Below are positions 36,754 to 50,985 of a stretch of DNA of 64,000 nucleotides, piece by piece. The DNA comes from Tubiluchus corallicola (taxonomy: Eukaryota; Animalia; Priapulida). The notes beneath the pieces were generated by a model. It was given only the letters and a program-made list of their open reading frames with translations, made no database searches and was not told where the DNA came from. A program made the translations under genes and the position numbers. Where the stretch lies: positions 62,001-126,000 of the forward strand of contig JAQGDQ010000029.1 in assembly GCA_030141605.1 (NCBI GenBank), given 5' to 3'. Every line of letters begins with the position of its first letter. Positions within the stretch are counted from its first letter, which is position 1.

Positions 36754-39700
36754 AATTTTGGCACAGTCGAGAGGACCCTTGGTAACTCTGTAGACAGTTG
36801 TTTATTCAAGCAATGATGGCAGACGAGCGAACTTATCAAGTTCCTCACGCAGCAGCATAAGGAACAAATTGATCAGCAGATGCAGCAGCACAAGGAACAA
36901 ATGGATCAGCAGGCGCAGCAGCACAAAGAAGAAATGGCTCACCTGATTCATCTGCACAAAGAAGATATGGACGCTATGAAGGGGCTGCTTCAGGCTCACT
37001 CCTGAAGAGAATTCCAGCTCAAGCGCCCACCTTCTACCTGCATCAGCGCTTACAGATGCTATTCCACCACTTGCTGCTTTTGATCCAACTTCTGAACTGT
37101 GGCCTGACTACTGGTCAAGATTTTGTACTTTCGTGGCAGCCAATGCGGTGAACGCAAGGCTCAAGTTTTCCTAACAAATCAGACTGCTGCCATCTACGAA
37201 CAACTGGCGAATCTAGAGACTCAACAGCCTCCATCCAAGGATATCAACGAACTGACAGTTGACGAGATTATCGACTTTATGAAGAAGCACTTTGACCCGA
37301 AACTCTTCATTGTGCGAGAAGGTTCTTCTTGCACAATTGGATTTTTTTCAATCCGAGACCCACAAGATGAAGCTCTGAGGCAGAGATTTGTATGCTCTGT
37401 CAACAACGAAGCTATGTTGAAGGCTATCTTCAAAATCAAGGATGAAGATCTGACTTTTGCACATGCTGTCCAAGACGGTACCAAGACTGAGGATACGGCA
37501 AAGGTTGCCAAGGAAACTGTCTATGGTTCCAAGACCAGGCCCGTCAACAAAGTCAAGCTGAACCAGAACAATGGTCAACGAAAGAACCATCAGCTGCCAA
37601 ATTCCACAGACATGGATACAAAGTGCTACCATTGTGGAAAGGCCCACAAAGTGACTGACTGTCTCTACAAAGATGCCAAGTGCCATTTTTGTGACAAGAA
37701 ATGACATTTGGAAGCAACGACAGCAACGGGACCAAAAATCTGGAAAGTCCGTGAGGAGAATCACGAAAGATGAGCTTGTCAAGGCAATCCTTCGCAAGGT
37801 TCCCAAAGATTCTCCTAGTTTGAATGTCTAAGTCAACATCTAAGACCGACAGTTTAAGATGGAACTTGACACTGCAACCTCAGGAAATTTTGTTTCAGTG
37901 CCGGTCTGGAAACAAGTAGGAAAGCCAAAGCTGGATGACGTCAGACATCGCTACGAGTCTACCAGCAAGCACAACCTGCCAGTGCTGGGAACTTTCATGG
38001 GCCAGACCAAGAATCCAAAGACTGATAAACAAAGCTCAATTCCTTACATCGTCACCAAGGTACCTGATCTGAACCTGCTTGGACGAGAAGCCGGGAATTT
38101 CTGTGGACAATGATCTAGGACTGAGAAGCATAGAGAGTCAAGAAAAGAGCAGGGGTGTAAAAACGTCACATCCGGAGACCTCTTATACGTCTTATGCTTC
38201 CCTGCAACGAGATTGCCACAACCTGTGCGATGAGTTTCCAGATCTCTTCAAAGAAGAATTGGGGTGTCTTAAGGACTTCGAGCTGGAAGTGAACTTCAAG
38301 TCTGACGCAAAGCCGGTTTTTCACAAGCTGGGAGGCTACACGAAGATCGACCTTGCTGATTCCTATAACCAGTTTAAGCTTGCACCTGAAAGCCAACGCA
38401 GGCTAGCTTTCAGCACCCACCGTGCGGTACTCCTGCAGCAACAACTTCGTTTCGGAATCAAGTCAGTGTCTGGTTACTTTCAGGAGATCATGGAAAACCT
38501 GACCAGTGATCTGCCTGGAGTCGCCGTCTTCCAAGACGATATGCTCATCAGCTGGCAAGACACCAATGATCACCTTAGCAACCTGGGATGCTTTCTCACT
38601 TGTCTGAACGACAAAGGACTCAGATGTCGTTGTAAAAAGTGCTTGTTCGCACAACCAAGTATTGAATATCTTGGACACACCCTATAGGCTGAAGGAGTCG
38701 CAAAAGGATCCAAGGTCGAGGCGTCATGAAGATGCCACCTCCTACAGATGTCTCAAGCTTGAAGTCTTTCTTGGACTCTGCTCAGTTCTACGGGAAGTTC
38801 ATACCAAACCTGGCTACTATGGCAGAGCCTCTTTACCACTTGGCCAAGAAGACAGTCCTCTGGAAGTGGGGAGATGAGGAGCAAACAGCATTTGAACTGT
38901 TGAAAAATGTGGTATCCTCATATCAAGTCCTTGCGCATTTCGTTTGAATTGGACCTGTCCTGTTTCATCGCTATCTGGACGGAAGCGAGCGCCCAATTGC
39001 CAATGTGTCCAAGACTCTCATGACTGCAGAAAGGAACTACAGCCAAATACATAAAGAAGCCTTAGCCCTTATCTTCGGCTCACGGAAATTTTACCAGCAC
39101 CTCTATGGGCGTCACTTCATACTAGTAACTGATCATAAGCCACTGACATCACACTTCTGACCAAAGAAAGGGACGCCACTTCTTGCAGCTAATCGTCTAG
39201 CTTGGTGGGCCCTGTGTCTGAACCAGTTTGACTGCACAATCGAGTGCCGGAAAACAGCGGATCAAAGCAATGCAGATGCCCTTAGTCACTTGCCATCTGG
39301 AGACGACAACGACTTTGACAGAGAGGAAAATGGTGAAGATATGGACATGGTATGTGCCATGAAAGTTCTCAGTCTTCAAGCCTGTGGATGCCAACAAGAG
39401 TCAGTGAAAGATCCAATGCTAGCTACAGTCATGCGCTGTCTGAGAAAGATGATCGCACAAGCACACTGAGATCAACGGAGAAGTCGAAAAGTTCCGGAAG
39501 TTGTCGGATTCACTCAGTATCTGCCATGGACGCCTCATCCATGGATCACGAGTTGTGATTCCACAGAGCCTGCAGTCCAAGAACCTGGATCTACTGCATA
39601 TTGGACACTTCGGCATAGAATGCATGAAACAGTTGGCAAGAACTGCTGTCTACTGGCCCGGTATTGATGCGGCTATCGAGAAGGCCAGCCGACGATGTGA

Positions 39701-40052
39701 CTCATGCAAAGAACATCAAAACAAGCTATCCAAGCCTGCAGTTCACCCATAGATGCTACCAGAGAAGCCATGGAGCCGCTTACACCTGGATCACGCCATA
39801 AACTTCATGGGTACGAACTGGCTGGTGATCGCGGATGCTTACACAAAGTATCCATGCATTCACTCTACATCTTCCATGTCCACTAGAGCCACTCTAGATC
39901 TGCTGGAAGTGGACTTTGCTCACTTCGGATTACCTCACACACTGATCACAGACAATGCATCAACTTTCATGTCTGATGAGTTTCAGAGCTGGTGCAGAAA
40001 ACGCTGGATCACACATCCCACAGGAGCACCATACCATCCAGCTACCAATGGA
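36426..40052 (+). mobile_element. Decayed Ty3/Gypsy LTR retrotransposon, 3' truncated
   Basis: LTR 36426-36753 (TGTTGTG...CACAACA, AATAAA), PBS-like TGGCACAGTCG at 36759, Gag knuckle CYHCGKAH, protease MELDTA, RT KIDLADSY and FQDDML, RH NYSQIHKEAL and TDHKPL, integrase HIGHFG, CDSC, HLDHA, TDNAS; many stops and shifts. Confidence 0.92.
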
Positions 40053-40986
40053 CATACCTACATACATGCATACTTACTTACATATTTCCTTAAAAGTGTG
40101 TAAGTTAATAAAAGAAAATTAAACATCTTTTTGCAGTTAAACATTTAAAAAAACTGTAAAGGTGATGATGAGTGTCATCAGTTAGGCGTTAACAGTGTGC
40201 AAAAAAATATGCGAAATTTTAGAAAACCAGAATTATGCACTGCAGTGAGAGCAGACATTGATGCATTAATCCATTGCCTAAATTAATAAAATTATAAAAT
40301 TTATAATTATACATATGCACTTAAATGTATATAATCCGTGTTTGTGATGTGTTAGCAAATAATATCGTATTGTATTTGTTGCCAGATCTTATTATTTCTC
40401 AATAAAGTTACATCGAGAAGCCTGAAAATAATAATTGGGTATAACTTTCTTAAACCTGATTTTGGGTACAAGAGATCTACATGTTGGCGTTTGCCATTGG
40501 GAAAGTGACACGGTGTAATTTTTTTTAGTGCCATAATTTTGTAGCTAATTCATAATTTATTTAATTTCGTGTGAATAGGCGTTCTAGTTTATAGGTTTTA
40601 ACAATTATTCAGAGGATAAAAGCTGCATTAGAAGCATATAAGTCGACTGTGCTTAAAACACACTTGTTAAAAGGAAGCGCGTTTTAGCCTTGTGTGCGGT
40701 GGACTTTAGGAGCGCTTTCCATGTACACGATTTCGCATGTCCTAAGCACTATAATTATCATCCCGTAATAAAGTATAAAATACAAAGTTTTGTTCAGCAT
40801 GTGTGGTTGTATAGTATATTGAACATAAAGTACACTGATGAACAGCCACAAGTCTAAGAGAGAAGAAATACTCCCGGTGCAGAATCTATAGCAAAGCACT
40901 GGGGTCTGCAAAAACTGACTGTCTTTCACCTGGCTGTGGCTATATACCCCAATTCTGAGGCTAAACGTAGTTAATGTACGTCAATA

Positions 40987-42100
40987 CTATTTAAAATCCC
41001 TCGGTGATCCATGGTTTTTGAAATGTAATAGTTTCTTTCCTAGACAAAGTTTGCAAAGGCAAAGGGTATAAAACACATTGAAGAGTATTTCATTAAATTT
41101 CCCAAATCCCTCATTAATTTCCAAGCTATTAAAATTTATTTTGGTTAATTCTAGCTGCAGGTGATTTAAAAAAAATTTATTTGAATTTTTAAAAGTTCTT
41201 GTGGTGATTTTGTTGGATTTCATTTTCAGTTTAGTATGCTTTATAATTGCAAATATAGGAAAATGATCCGCTACTTGATAAAGCAAAATATAATACAACA
41301 ATAAATCATGGTATTATTATCATAATAAGTAATAACAATAATAATTCATACAATAATAAATGTCATTAGTACTTCTTAATATATTGAATTCGTTAATTGG
41401 TGTATGTCAAATGCGTCTACTGATGACAATCATCACAGTTAATAGAATTTTCACTATATTAACAGGATTTAGCACATTTATTGCAAGGGTACCTAACTGA
41501 CATTAATATTTACATTTTTTAGACTTTAACTTGTTTTATTCACTACTTTGCAAAAATCTGCTTCAGTTTCTACACCAAACAAAATTCTACCATTTTTGGT
41601 CCGCAGATATTTAAATGTTTTTCTTTTTTGAACTCCTTCACATCAATAAATAGTTGTTTTCATTTTCTCGTTAATGTAGGTTCTCTGTCTTCCATAATGG
41701 TATATTCCAGTAGGTAAATCAACGGTATGTCCCACTTCGCATCTTGCCCCTCTTGTTCTCCTCACAAAATGATTTTTGGTGTTTCTTTCCTTATGTTTGT
41801 CGGTAATCTGTGTGACACTCTAATGTCACTGTCATCTATTTGCACCCCCATTGTGTTTGCTATATCTTCACAGTCTCATTTCTCCTTTGTCTCAGGCATC
41901 CAACTAATCTCTAAACATTCTCTTCTGCTATATTGTTCTAATCTGTCAATGGTTGCATCTTTGTCTATAACTGTCTCTTGCAATGTAGCAACAGTTAACT
42001 CTGGGGATGTAAGTGAATTTACCTGTGTGACTATGCCTGACATGTCCTTCTTCATATCCTCAAAGCTGTTCGAAATAAACTGTTGCGATTGATTAATGAT
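40987..42100 (-). pseudogene. CR1-group LINE relic: ORF1 fragment and end of the endonuclease region
   Basis: LEQYSRRECLEI..., SHRLP and TKNGRIL on - at 41570-41960; DHFPIF and KTLPRKETITFQKPWIT-like sequence at 41000-41280. Confidence 0.7.
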
Positions 42101-44139
42101 TTCTTAATTAAAAGTAAAGCACAAGTTGCCCCTTCCTCTGTGGATAACAATGGGCGAACCACAAGTGACTACGTCTCTATAGCTAATGCATTCTTCCAGT
42201 CTGTAGGAAGTGATATGGCCAATAAATCCCATCTAGTGCGAAGACCTACCAATCATTCATAAATGCTCCAAATGAAAAATCTGTCTTCTTTTATCCTATC
42301 TCTGAATTCGAAACATTGTTGTCTCTTAATAAACGTAACGAAAATAAATCACCTGGCCCAGAAAATGTCCCTGTTAAATTCTACAAATTAGCAACTGATT
42401 TAATTTTGCTAATGAATCACTTATATTCTTATAATTCGTCCCCCCTCCCTCCCCATAGCCCATCTTTAATGGTTATGAAGGCTACATTACTACCATCAAT
42501 TATAATTAAATGTTCTATACAATTATAGTTATTACTACAAGTATAATGTAAAATTTAATCTCTTCTCCCCCACTTAAATTTTGGTATGTATATTTATTCT
42601 TGTATATACAAGTAAGCGTTATGGTGCATTGTAATACAAATAAGTGGTACATTGACAGATAATCATATAATTCATATCTTAACTATTTAAAAAATTTTTT
42701 TCACTCTTTAAGGCTCACTCAAAGTCGTAATTACATATTATGTTTTCTTTTCTCAATTTCCAGGTTTATTGCTCTTATAACCATTGCTATTATTCATCAT
42801 TTACTTCATCCTTATTTACATTAAGTTATCTACAGCAGCATGCATAACTATAATCATTTTTCATTTAAGTAAGGTGAGTGTGTTAATGACCGTATGGTCA
42901 TACGCTCACCTCGCACTACTCAAATTAATTTATTTAAAGTTTGTTAATGTGTTTGATATTGTATATTTTGATGTGTGAAATAAAATTCATAGTTCATAAT
43001 GTTCTTTTAGGCTCTGAATGGCAGTCAAACACTGTAGCTGACCGACTGATCACTTGCTGCTGTTGTGTTGTTTTGTATTGACTGGGTATTCGTTGGTAAA
43101 TTTCGCGTAGTATCAGCTGCTTGTCTCCAAGCTGTTTGCATTCCCATATTTGAATTATTTTACGCGTTACTAGTGGAAGCGTTTTGTGCACTCCTCTCAG
43201 CAACAGACTGTGTTCTTTTGGGGTTATCGATCCTCGTGTCTCCATCATATGATAATCAATGATAAAAAGCTTAGAAAAACGTTTAAATTTTGTGTACGAA
43301 CTTTAAATTTAATGATTTTTGTCAGAGCTCAATCAAACAAACTGCTGTTTTGCACCGCAGCGCCACGTAAACAGTATCCGAACTTATGCCAAAGATTCCT
43401 AAATATGAAATTTTCGTGAAGCATGAGGTACATATTTGTATTCGCAATATGATCGCAAGTTATTCAAGCTCAACTTAATTTTGGTGATATTCCCCCTTTA
43501 ACTTTTATATAAGAGAAATTGTAGACAGCTGTAGTCATGACGTTTGCGGTCATGGCATAGCAGTTTAACACGGAATTTTGGCAAGCTATAAATTTTGGAA
43601 AAGCAAACAATGTGAACAATTTGTACATTTTGGATTTACAATCAAAATGATAAAAAAACTATAACTTGGAAGATTGTTAACATTAATAAAATTTGAATCA
43701 CCCGAAAATCATCATTGCTTTGAATGTATAAGCAATTTTGGTTCAAAAATAATGATCATCATATTGTAAACTTTTTTGGAATGTGAAACTATGCATATTG
43801 AAGTTAAATTAAAAATTCAAAAAACAACTCATGACAACAGAAACATAAAATAGGAAATGGAACCTTGCTGGTCTTCCGAGCTAGATATGGTCCTATCTCA
43901 TCAAATGCACACTCTTGATCGCATACAGATTCGTATGAACTATTGGCCTCAAAAAATTCCCGCCACACGTCCTCCTTAGGTAATAGGCAGAGACAACCAG
44001 ACTTAGGTGTGGTCATAGCAAACGGATACTCTGAAATTATTGAATAATCAGAAAGATAAACTTTTATCAAATAAATGAAATGACCGATCATGTTATCACA
44101 TCTCCCGAAGTATGGGTAATGTTACGATACTGTGTGATT

Positions 44140-44560
44140 TAGGGACCCGGGGGTGCCCGACCTCATCCTTTTTTTAAAATTTTTCACCCCCTTTGAATAA
44201 TGAGACTATCGCAACCCTACTCCTCGGGCTTCATCTCTAACCTTTGCTTCTAAGGGCAGCTCCATTCCTAACCCTAGCTGCTCATCCTAACTCTCTCCTC
44301 CAAATAATGGAACTGACCTAACCCCCTCCAAATAATGACCAACCCTAACCCTAACTCACCTCTCCAAATAATGACCAACCTTAGTTGCTAACCTAACTAA
44401 ATGAAAGTTTTCGTTAAGTGGGATTCGAACCACCAGTCGGTTGTGATAAATGTGGTATAGGTGTCGTAGGGTTGTTGCGCATGCGTTATGCCTCTAATTT
44501 GTTGCAAAATGGGTGTGTTGTAGGTTTGCACATGCGTGGTTGCTGCAGTTTTGTTTGTCA
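44140..44560. repeat. Dispersed (AACCCT)-rich repeat, copy 1
   Basis: AACCCTAACC runs, AAATAATG motifs, AAAGTTTT...GATTCGAAC and GCGCATGCG in the same order as 52645-53170. Confidence 0.65.
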
Positions 44561-44742
44561 GACCGGATCTGTTTTTGAGTTGCAGCGGGTAATATGCAGT
44601 AGCACTGTCGCACTGACTATACTGTACCGGCTTTAATGGTTTAGTTTCGTTTATATGGTATCATGGTATAATATGGTAATATGTTGTAGCTGTTAATGAC
44701 TTACAAATAAAATAGATCCGTCATACGTTTGCTGCTTTATGA

Positions 44743-45105
44743 ATGTCACCAATTAGAACACGCAGTATGTCTTCAGACCCTGAGTGGATGCCGGCACTGC
44801 TTAATAAATTAGATGACAAATTGGGAAAACTGTCTGCCGAGTTCGACGATAAATTAAAACCCTTGCGAGCAGGCATCGAGAAGTTAGCTGGACTATCGGC
44901 AAGAGTCGACGTACTCGAAAAAAGTTTACTACTAGTATTGAGAGCATTGAAAAAGTCGAGAGACTGGCGAAAGACGCTTTGATTGAAGCCAATTCTAACT
45001 CACAATATAGTCGCCGCAGCATGTTACTTATCTACGGTATTCCTGAGCCCAGGAATAGAGGCAAAGAGGGTTGTTTTTCCAAGGTACTTGAGCTCATTGC
45101 AAAGT
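44743..45105 (+). pseudogene. LINE ORF1-like fragment
   Basis: Coiled coil followed by NSQYSRRSMLLIYGIPE (EQYSR..N..I.GIPE motif). Confidence 0.6.
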
Positions 45106-45310
45106 ATATGCAACACCATTCCAAAAATGTGTTGCTATTTTGTTTTATGCTGCATTTCTCGTAGTTGAATACCAGTCCATGCTCTCTCGCTACTTCCATC
45201 AAGTTCAGTAAATTGGCATTGTGCTCAGCTTTGGTTTTACCATGTACGGCAATGTCATCACTAATGCCGTCTGCTCTAGGGCATTTTTCAAAAATGAAAT
45301 CTGTAACATT
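45105..45310 (-). pseudogene. Gypsy RT fragment
   Basis: GISDDIAVHGKTKAEHNANLLNLMEVAREHGLVFNYEKC on the - strand. Confidence 0.7.
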
Positions 45311-45677
45311 CGGGTCATGAAATTCTTTGCTAGCCCACAGGGCCTCGAACTTGGGTCGGGCAACTTAAGTCAAGATAGATTGCTGAACGGGTTGGTGACT
45401 CCAAATGTTAAAGAGCAGTAATATTTGCTTTAATTCTAAGGCAGTTACAAGCGCAGGAGGGTCGGTCCGTCCTAAAGTACAGAGAATGGGCCAATGGTGA
45501 TACAGTGTGAACGGAAACAGTGAACACAACAAAGTATAAATAAACAAACTGTTTGTCTTAGGTTTAACATTTTAATTGGCATAATTAATTAATTAATTCA
45601 AAACAATAAACAAAAAGAACTCACAACTTGCAAAAGAGCAGCGGGGTACCCCTCATTTAATAACAGTCTGCTAGCGT

Positions 45678-46455
45678 GTGTCATCGGCGGGCCTAATGAA
45701 GGGGTACTGTCAGTGGCGGTACCAAGATGGTATCTCCGGGGAGAGAGCTGATACAGAATTCGAGTTAGAACATTTGTCACCGCACTGGAAGGCTAAGATG
45801 GAAATATTACTGAATAAATGGCAAGGGGTGTTCGCTAGCACCGACCTAGATCTGGGCGAAACTAAATTGGCGGAGATGAGGATAGATACTGGGTCAAATG
45901 CACCCATAAGGTCAAGACCGTATCGTATCCCCAACAATCCTGAAAAGGAATTGAATAAAATTATACGAGATCTTTTGCAAGCAGAGCATGCCAATAGTCT
46001 GGCATGGGATCCCTTCGATGCCCCATTCCTGGGGAAAGAACAGGAGACGAAGGAAAATGATCTTCCGGAGATAAGGTATAGGAGAGGAGACGGATGATGG
46101 GCGATTGGATGATGAAGAGACACCTTGCTCAGGAGTACCGGAAGAAGGAGAGTCGGATATCTCCAGTAGTTTGCCGCCACCACTACTGTCACTCGACGAA
46201 GCGCACTCTGGTGCTACAAAGCGCACCAGGAGTGAGAGTCATAGTGAACTCTCTTAGGTGAGAGCCAAATCTAGGCGAATGGAGAGTGAGACGACACCTG
46301 GTGAGCCCTCAAGTGTAGGCTCTACACCAGGGTCGGACAGCGAGGATGAAGCACTTCCCCAAATTGAAAGGGTAGTTACGATTACAGCAGCGAATACCCA
46401 GGCTATGGAGCCTATGGGTTGGCCCAGCGCCCTGCAGCATTGGTTGTGTAAATAA
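45678..46455 (+). pseudogene. Internally deleted Gypsy pol relic
   Basis: VFASTDLDLGETKLAEMRIDTGSNAPIRSRPYRIP (pre-RT segment) joined to an acidic low-complexity tail. Confidence 0.65.
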
Positions 46456-46636
46456 AAATGTGTTTAGCATTATAGGTGACGAGTGTCTGCATTGTAAAGG
46501 AAAAGACTGACCTAGAAGAATTAATTATGGAAAATAGAAAATGTAGTAAGCCAGCAGAAATATATTAAAGGTTAAATAGTGTCAGTTAGGCTTTGGTGAC
46601 ATCTAGCGTCCAGTTCTCAAACTGCAGAGTGAAGCA

Positions 46637-49600
46637 GAAATCTCTGATTCGGCTAGCGGAGGCGATCTATTTTTAACATTTAGTGCTAATAATTTGGACA
46701 TATTTACCCCCCATGGTGACCTATAGCATGCCACAATACACATAGAACATATTTCTCATTCATCTAGTAATTTAAAAACAGTGGTACCTATGATATCCCC
46801 CCCCCCCAAAAAAAACACACCATATCTGCAACTCATTGTGTCCCGAAGATTACCTGTCACTTTCTATAGAGAATAAACAGACTGCACCATTTTGTCAGGA
46901 CTATATAAACTCATTCATAGGTTCCTCTGTGTAAATTAGAATACATGAAATTATTGCACTCACCATTTTGCAGAGATGTTTGCGACAATTAGTTGGCTAG
47001 TCGCGCCTTCTTAATGGAGGTCTGGTAAAGGGCTGAGTTCTGCTGGTGATCCTTCTCCAAATTGTGTAGTCCATGCAGCAGTACATTCGCCAGGCGTCTC
47101 AGAGCATTTCTTGAAAATTCTCCAAAATCAAAGTAGGCATTGATTATGGAGAGGATGTTCATGAGCTTGTTGCGGCAGCAGACTGTGTGAGTTGAGTTCT
47201 TCACAAAACACAAGCCAGTTGTTACGAATTCGAACATGAATGTGTGGGGCACTGTAAGACCTCCCCTAGACAGTTCTCCAATGAACATTTTCATTTCCTC
47301 AGAAAGGAGAGGCTCATCCTCGGGAAAAGAAATGTCATTTTGGCACTTACTCTCCAACCAACCTGCGACATATGCACACGCGTTCAGTTCAGTTTTGGAA
47401 AGAGTCTCGTCAACACAAATCTCCATAATTTTGGCATCCTCGAAATCAATCCCATTGCATGTGTGCAACTGGCTTTCGGATGATGTGTCTGTGTCCACAA
47501 ACTCCAGGAATGATGCAGAGAAACGCGCCAGTCTCCGCTTGAATGCTGAACAGACATCTCCAGCTTGCATGAATGCATTGGCCCCCCTTGACTGCCTGTA
47601 AACTGAGAACTCACCCTCTATTCTGTCACTCTGAAGTTCACGCAATAATACGTAGTGAAATCCAACAGAAAACAAGTACCTACAGATTGCGAGGAGTCCC
47701 TCCGTGGTCTGAATCAAAGCTTTTCGCGTATCATGTGTCAGGCATTCAATTCTATTTGGTCCGTGTCCTGATTCGGTTTGCTTAAACAGAGTCAACAACG
47801 ACTGAAGAGTATCAGATGTATCTTGTTGAACAGATCGATCAGGGTCTCTCATCCTCGTGTCTTGACCTCTGGCAGAAACATTTACCACATTCCACCAGCG
47901 TAGCACTTGCTGAATGAATTCTGCAGTGTCCTGGGCTCCTCGAAGTCTCAGCGATGCAACGACACGATCGTGGAACACCCTCAGGACATGTTGCACATTC
48001 TGGAGCTGAAGTTTCGATGGGAAGACTGCAGAATATGTCAAAGGTGTTGACTTGAGCACATTGTCTTTCTCAGCTTTGTAAAGACTTTTTACTTCAGCAA
48101 ATGAGCCAACAGTTTTCTTGTCAAACGATAATCTCTGACATTTCTCAGTGATCCAGTTGTTCCTGATACATTTCAGAATGTGGACGGTATCATACAACAG
48201 GAACCACACTCGTGTATTTTCCAGGGGATGTTCAGCCTCCCAGTCTGTTCGTCTGGTAAACAATTTGCAGTATTGTTGGTTGATCTTGTGGTTGTCCGTC
48301 ATGGACCCTAAAACAGTTCCTCCCGAATTCTCAACCACTGTAGCAGCCTCCTTCACGACAGAGAATTGATATGCAGCAGTCAGCTTGTGAACGGGGGTCA
48401 CTGATATCATCACGCTGGGGCCACCATGTAGACATTTAGCCATCACACATAGCATTGATGTAGCTTTACTGTCTGGCTCATTTTTTGCCATGCCATTTAG
48501 CACACCCCCTGAAAAAGCCACTGTTGGGCGTATTTTCACTTCATCCACCAATAGCATACAGTGTTTCTGCTCAGAGCTTTTCACTTTCTGAAATGTTTTA
48601 CCTAGCACCTTGTCAATATCTGTCGATGAAATAACTGACTGCAGCCTTCTTTTGCTGGGTAACACTAAAAAGTCACGCAGTTGTTCGTAATTGCAATGGG
48701 GAAATGACTCTATTGCAAAGCAATAATCAGACACTGTGAAAGTCTTATCACATAATAGTCGAAGCTGTCGTGTTAGAAATTTGAGCTTCTTGGCTTTAGC
48801 ATTAACACTAGGAGATTGTTCTCGATTATGAGCTAGTTCAAGTTCAAGAGACTTTGTCACTTTGTTGACAATATCATCAACATGATGAATGTGGTTGACA
48901 ACAGAATTCACAACCGCGAAAAATTGTGAGTAAGAGGACAGCCCATTGTTCGGACTGAGGATTTTACTTAATGGCACACTGATCCCGTTTTTGAAAGCAT
49001 ACAGAGTAAGAGGGGAACACAAGGTAGGCTTATTGTGAACAATAATTGACATATAACATTGACTGTGGTCCTCTTCCATGAACATGCACACAAATTTGTC
49101 TTGTGTGCGAGATATAATGAGGTTCTGATACGTCTTATGCACGTCTTTCTCAGGAGTGAATTCATTGAGAGAAGTTATTTTATCCTTTTTGAAGAAATAA
49201 TTCAGCTGCTGGTCCTCAGTTTTTGGAGGGCGAGGTGGTGGCTTTGGAGTGGGCAAGCATGATGTTGGAACGTTGAAAATACTGGGTGGATCCACTGGCC
49301 TGGTGTGACCACCTGGAATTTTGACCATTTGAGTATCCGATGGCCAATGCTTTTCGCAAATGAAAAATTTCGTTGGATCAACAACAAAGCCTTCGCGTGG
49401 GGGAAGAACACTTCTGTTTTTCTACATGATCTCTTGGCAGTCTGAACACACGACACTTGTTCTCCGTGTCATAGTTACCTTTGCATTTAACAACACCACA
49501 CTTGTTAGGCATGCTGCTGAGCACAGATGTATAAAATCCACCAGAAATTTTGAAAATAATCCACAAAGAAACAAACACAAGCAGACACATTAACAATGAC

Positions 49601-49870
49601 AAAGCACTACTTCCGGTAAAACACACTTACGCCTAAAGTAGTGCGCTATTTAAGAAGTAAAAATGAACACTAATTTCCTTTGATACATAAAATAAACAAT
49701 TGGTACTTTTCTCCCGTAATGTAAAGAACCAATTAAATGAAAAATAATACTCGCTATCTACCGATCCGCCCATTCTTTAATTTCCAAGATCACTACTCTC
49801 TAAAGCGCACTATTTATAGATTACGTTCATGCAAGTATTGATCGCCTCCGCTAGCCGAATCAGAGATTTC
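46637..49870 (-). mobile_element. P-element superfamily DNA transposon with perfect 31-bp inverted repeats
   Basis: GAAATCTCTGATTCGGCTAGCGGAGGCGATC at 46637-46667 and its exact reverse complement at 49840-49870 bracket the transposase. Confidence 0.85.
46989..49512 (-). CDS. THAP-domain P-element (THAP9-like) transposase; one frameshift in THAP near 49410
   Basis: MPNKCGVVKC...FRLP / FFICEKHW...PSIF (C2CH THAP); catalytic-type LLVDEV, MTDNH, YDTVHILKCIRNNW, QSDRIEGEFSVYRQ..G, YVAGW, SRGGLTVP. Confidence 0.92.
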
Positions 49871-50985
49871 AGCGTGCACGTCCTGTAGTATAGTAGTCCT
49901 TGGCATAAACTTATAAAAAGATAGTCTTTATTTTTAAAACAAATGATGTATAAATCATTACAAAGTTTAGTTGGAACATGCAGTTATTGTAATACATGGT
50001 GAGTCACTGTGGTGTGGTATGGGTGGTGTGGCGAGGTGGATGTTGTATGATTTATCATTGTGCGCAAAATATTTTGCGTCGTTTAGCTAGTTATTATAAC
50101 ATTTACCTTGGTGGAAACATTCGTCGATGCACATTTTCGCACTCATGGTGTCATTATATCCACTAACAGTGTGGTACCTCTCGAATTGTGTCCAGTTATA
50201 TCGCCAGCACAGGAAGTCTTTGTGGCCTAAAAAATCTTGCAGAAAACAAGAACACCATTATAACACTTTTTGGTAGGTGCTATTAAGAGCATATGAAATG
50301 TTGTAAACATTCTAATGGCGTTATTCACCATTTGAAAATATTCTGTAAGCATCGTATGCCTTTGAGTAATTCCTCTCACTCGAGGCTACCTACTCATGGA
50401 CCAACATTCCACATTTCCCTTCTTTCCATCCTTGCCAAATTTACAAACAGCGCCAAGCTGCCGAGTATGCCAAGCAGTAAAAAACGCCAAGCTGTTCAAC
50501 CCTGTCAAGGCTATGCCTTTCAAATTAACCAACCAGATACAGTGATTCAGCAGATGTCTATGACCAATGGCAAACTAATTGACTGACCCACGTTAATGGA
50601 TTTCAATAGACGGACAAACAGAATTTCTTGTAGAAATTGTTATTATTATTTCATGCGTCCATGGAAAAAGCAAGACTAAAATATTTTTATACGTATTATA
50701 TTACTTCTGCATAACATAACATGTACAGTTATAAAACATTTAGTTAGAAAAGTCGAAGATAACCGGAGTTATTGCGCACCCCAAGTTTTTAATAGGAATG
50801 CGTGTGTCAACCATGTTTGACTATCCAACAAGGTGAAATCTGTTAAAACAGAGATCATTTAGTAATAACAGTACCGTTAAATTTGCAAAACAGATTCGAC
50901 TCCATCAAATAAACATAAAAAAAATTTTAGACAACTAAATTCACGTTCATTTATTGGCTGGGTACAAACGCAAACAGCACATCAC

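Noticed and set aside
44210-44400. Interstitial telomere
   Set aside because: CCCTAA units are few, degenerate and embedded in a dispersed repeat seen twice.
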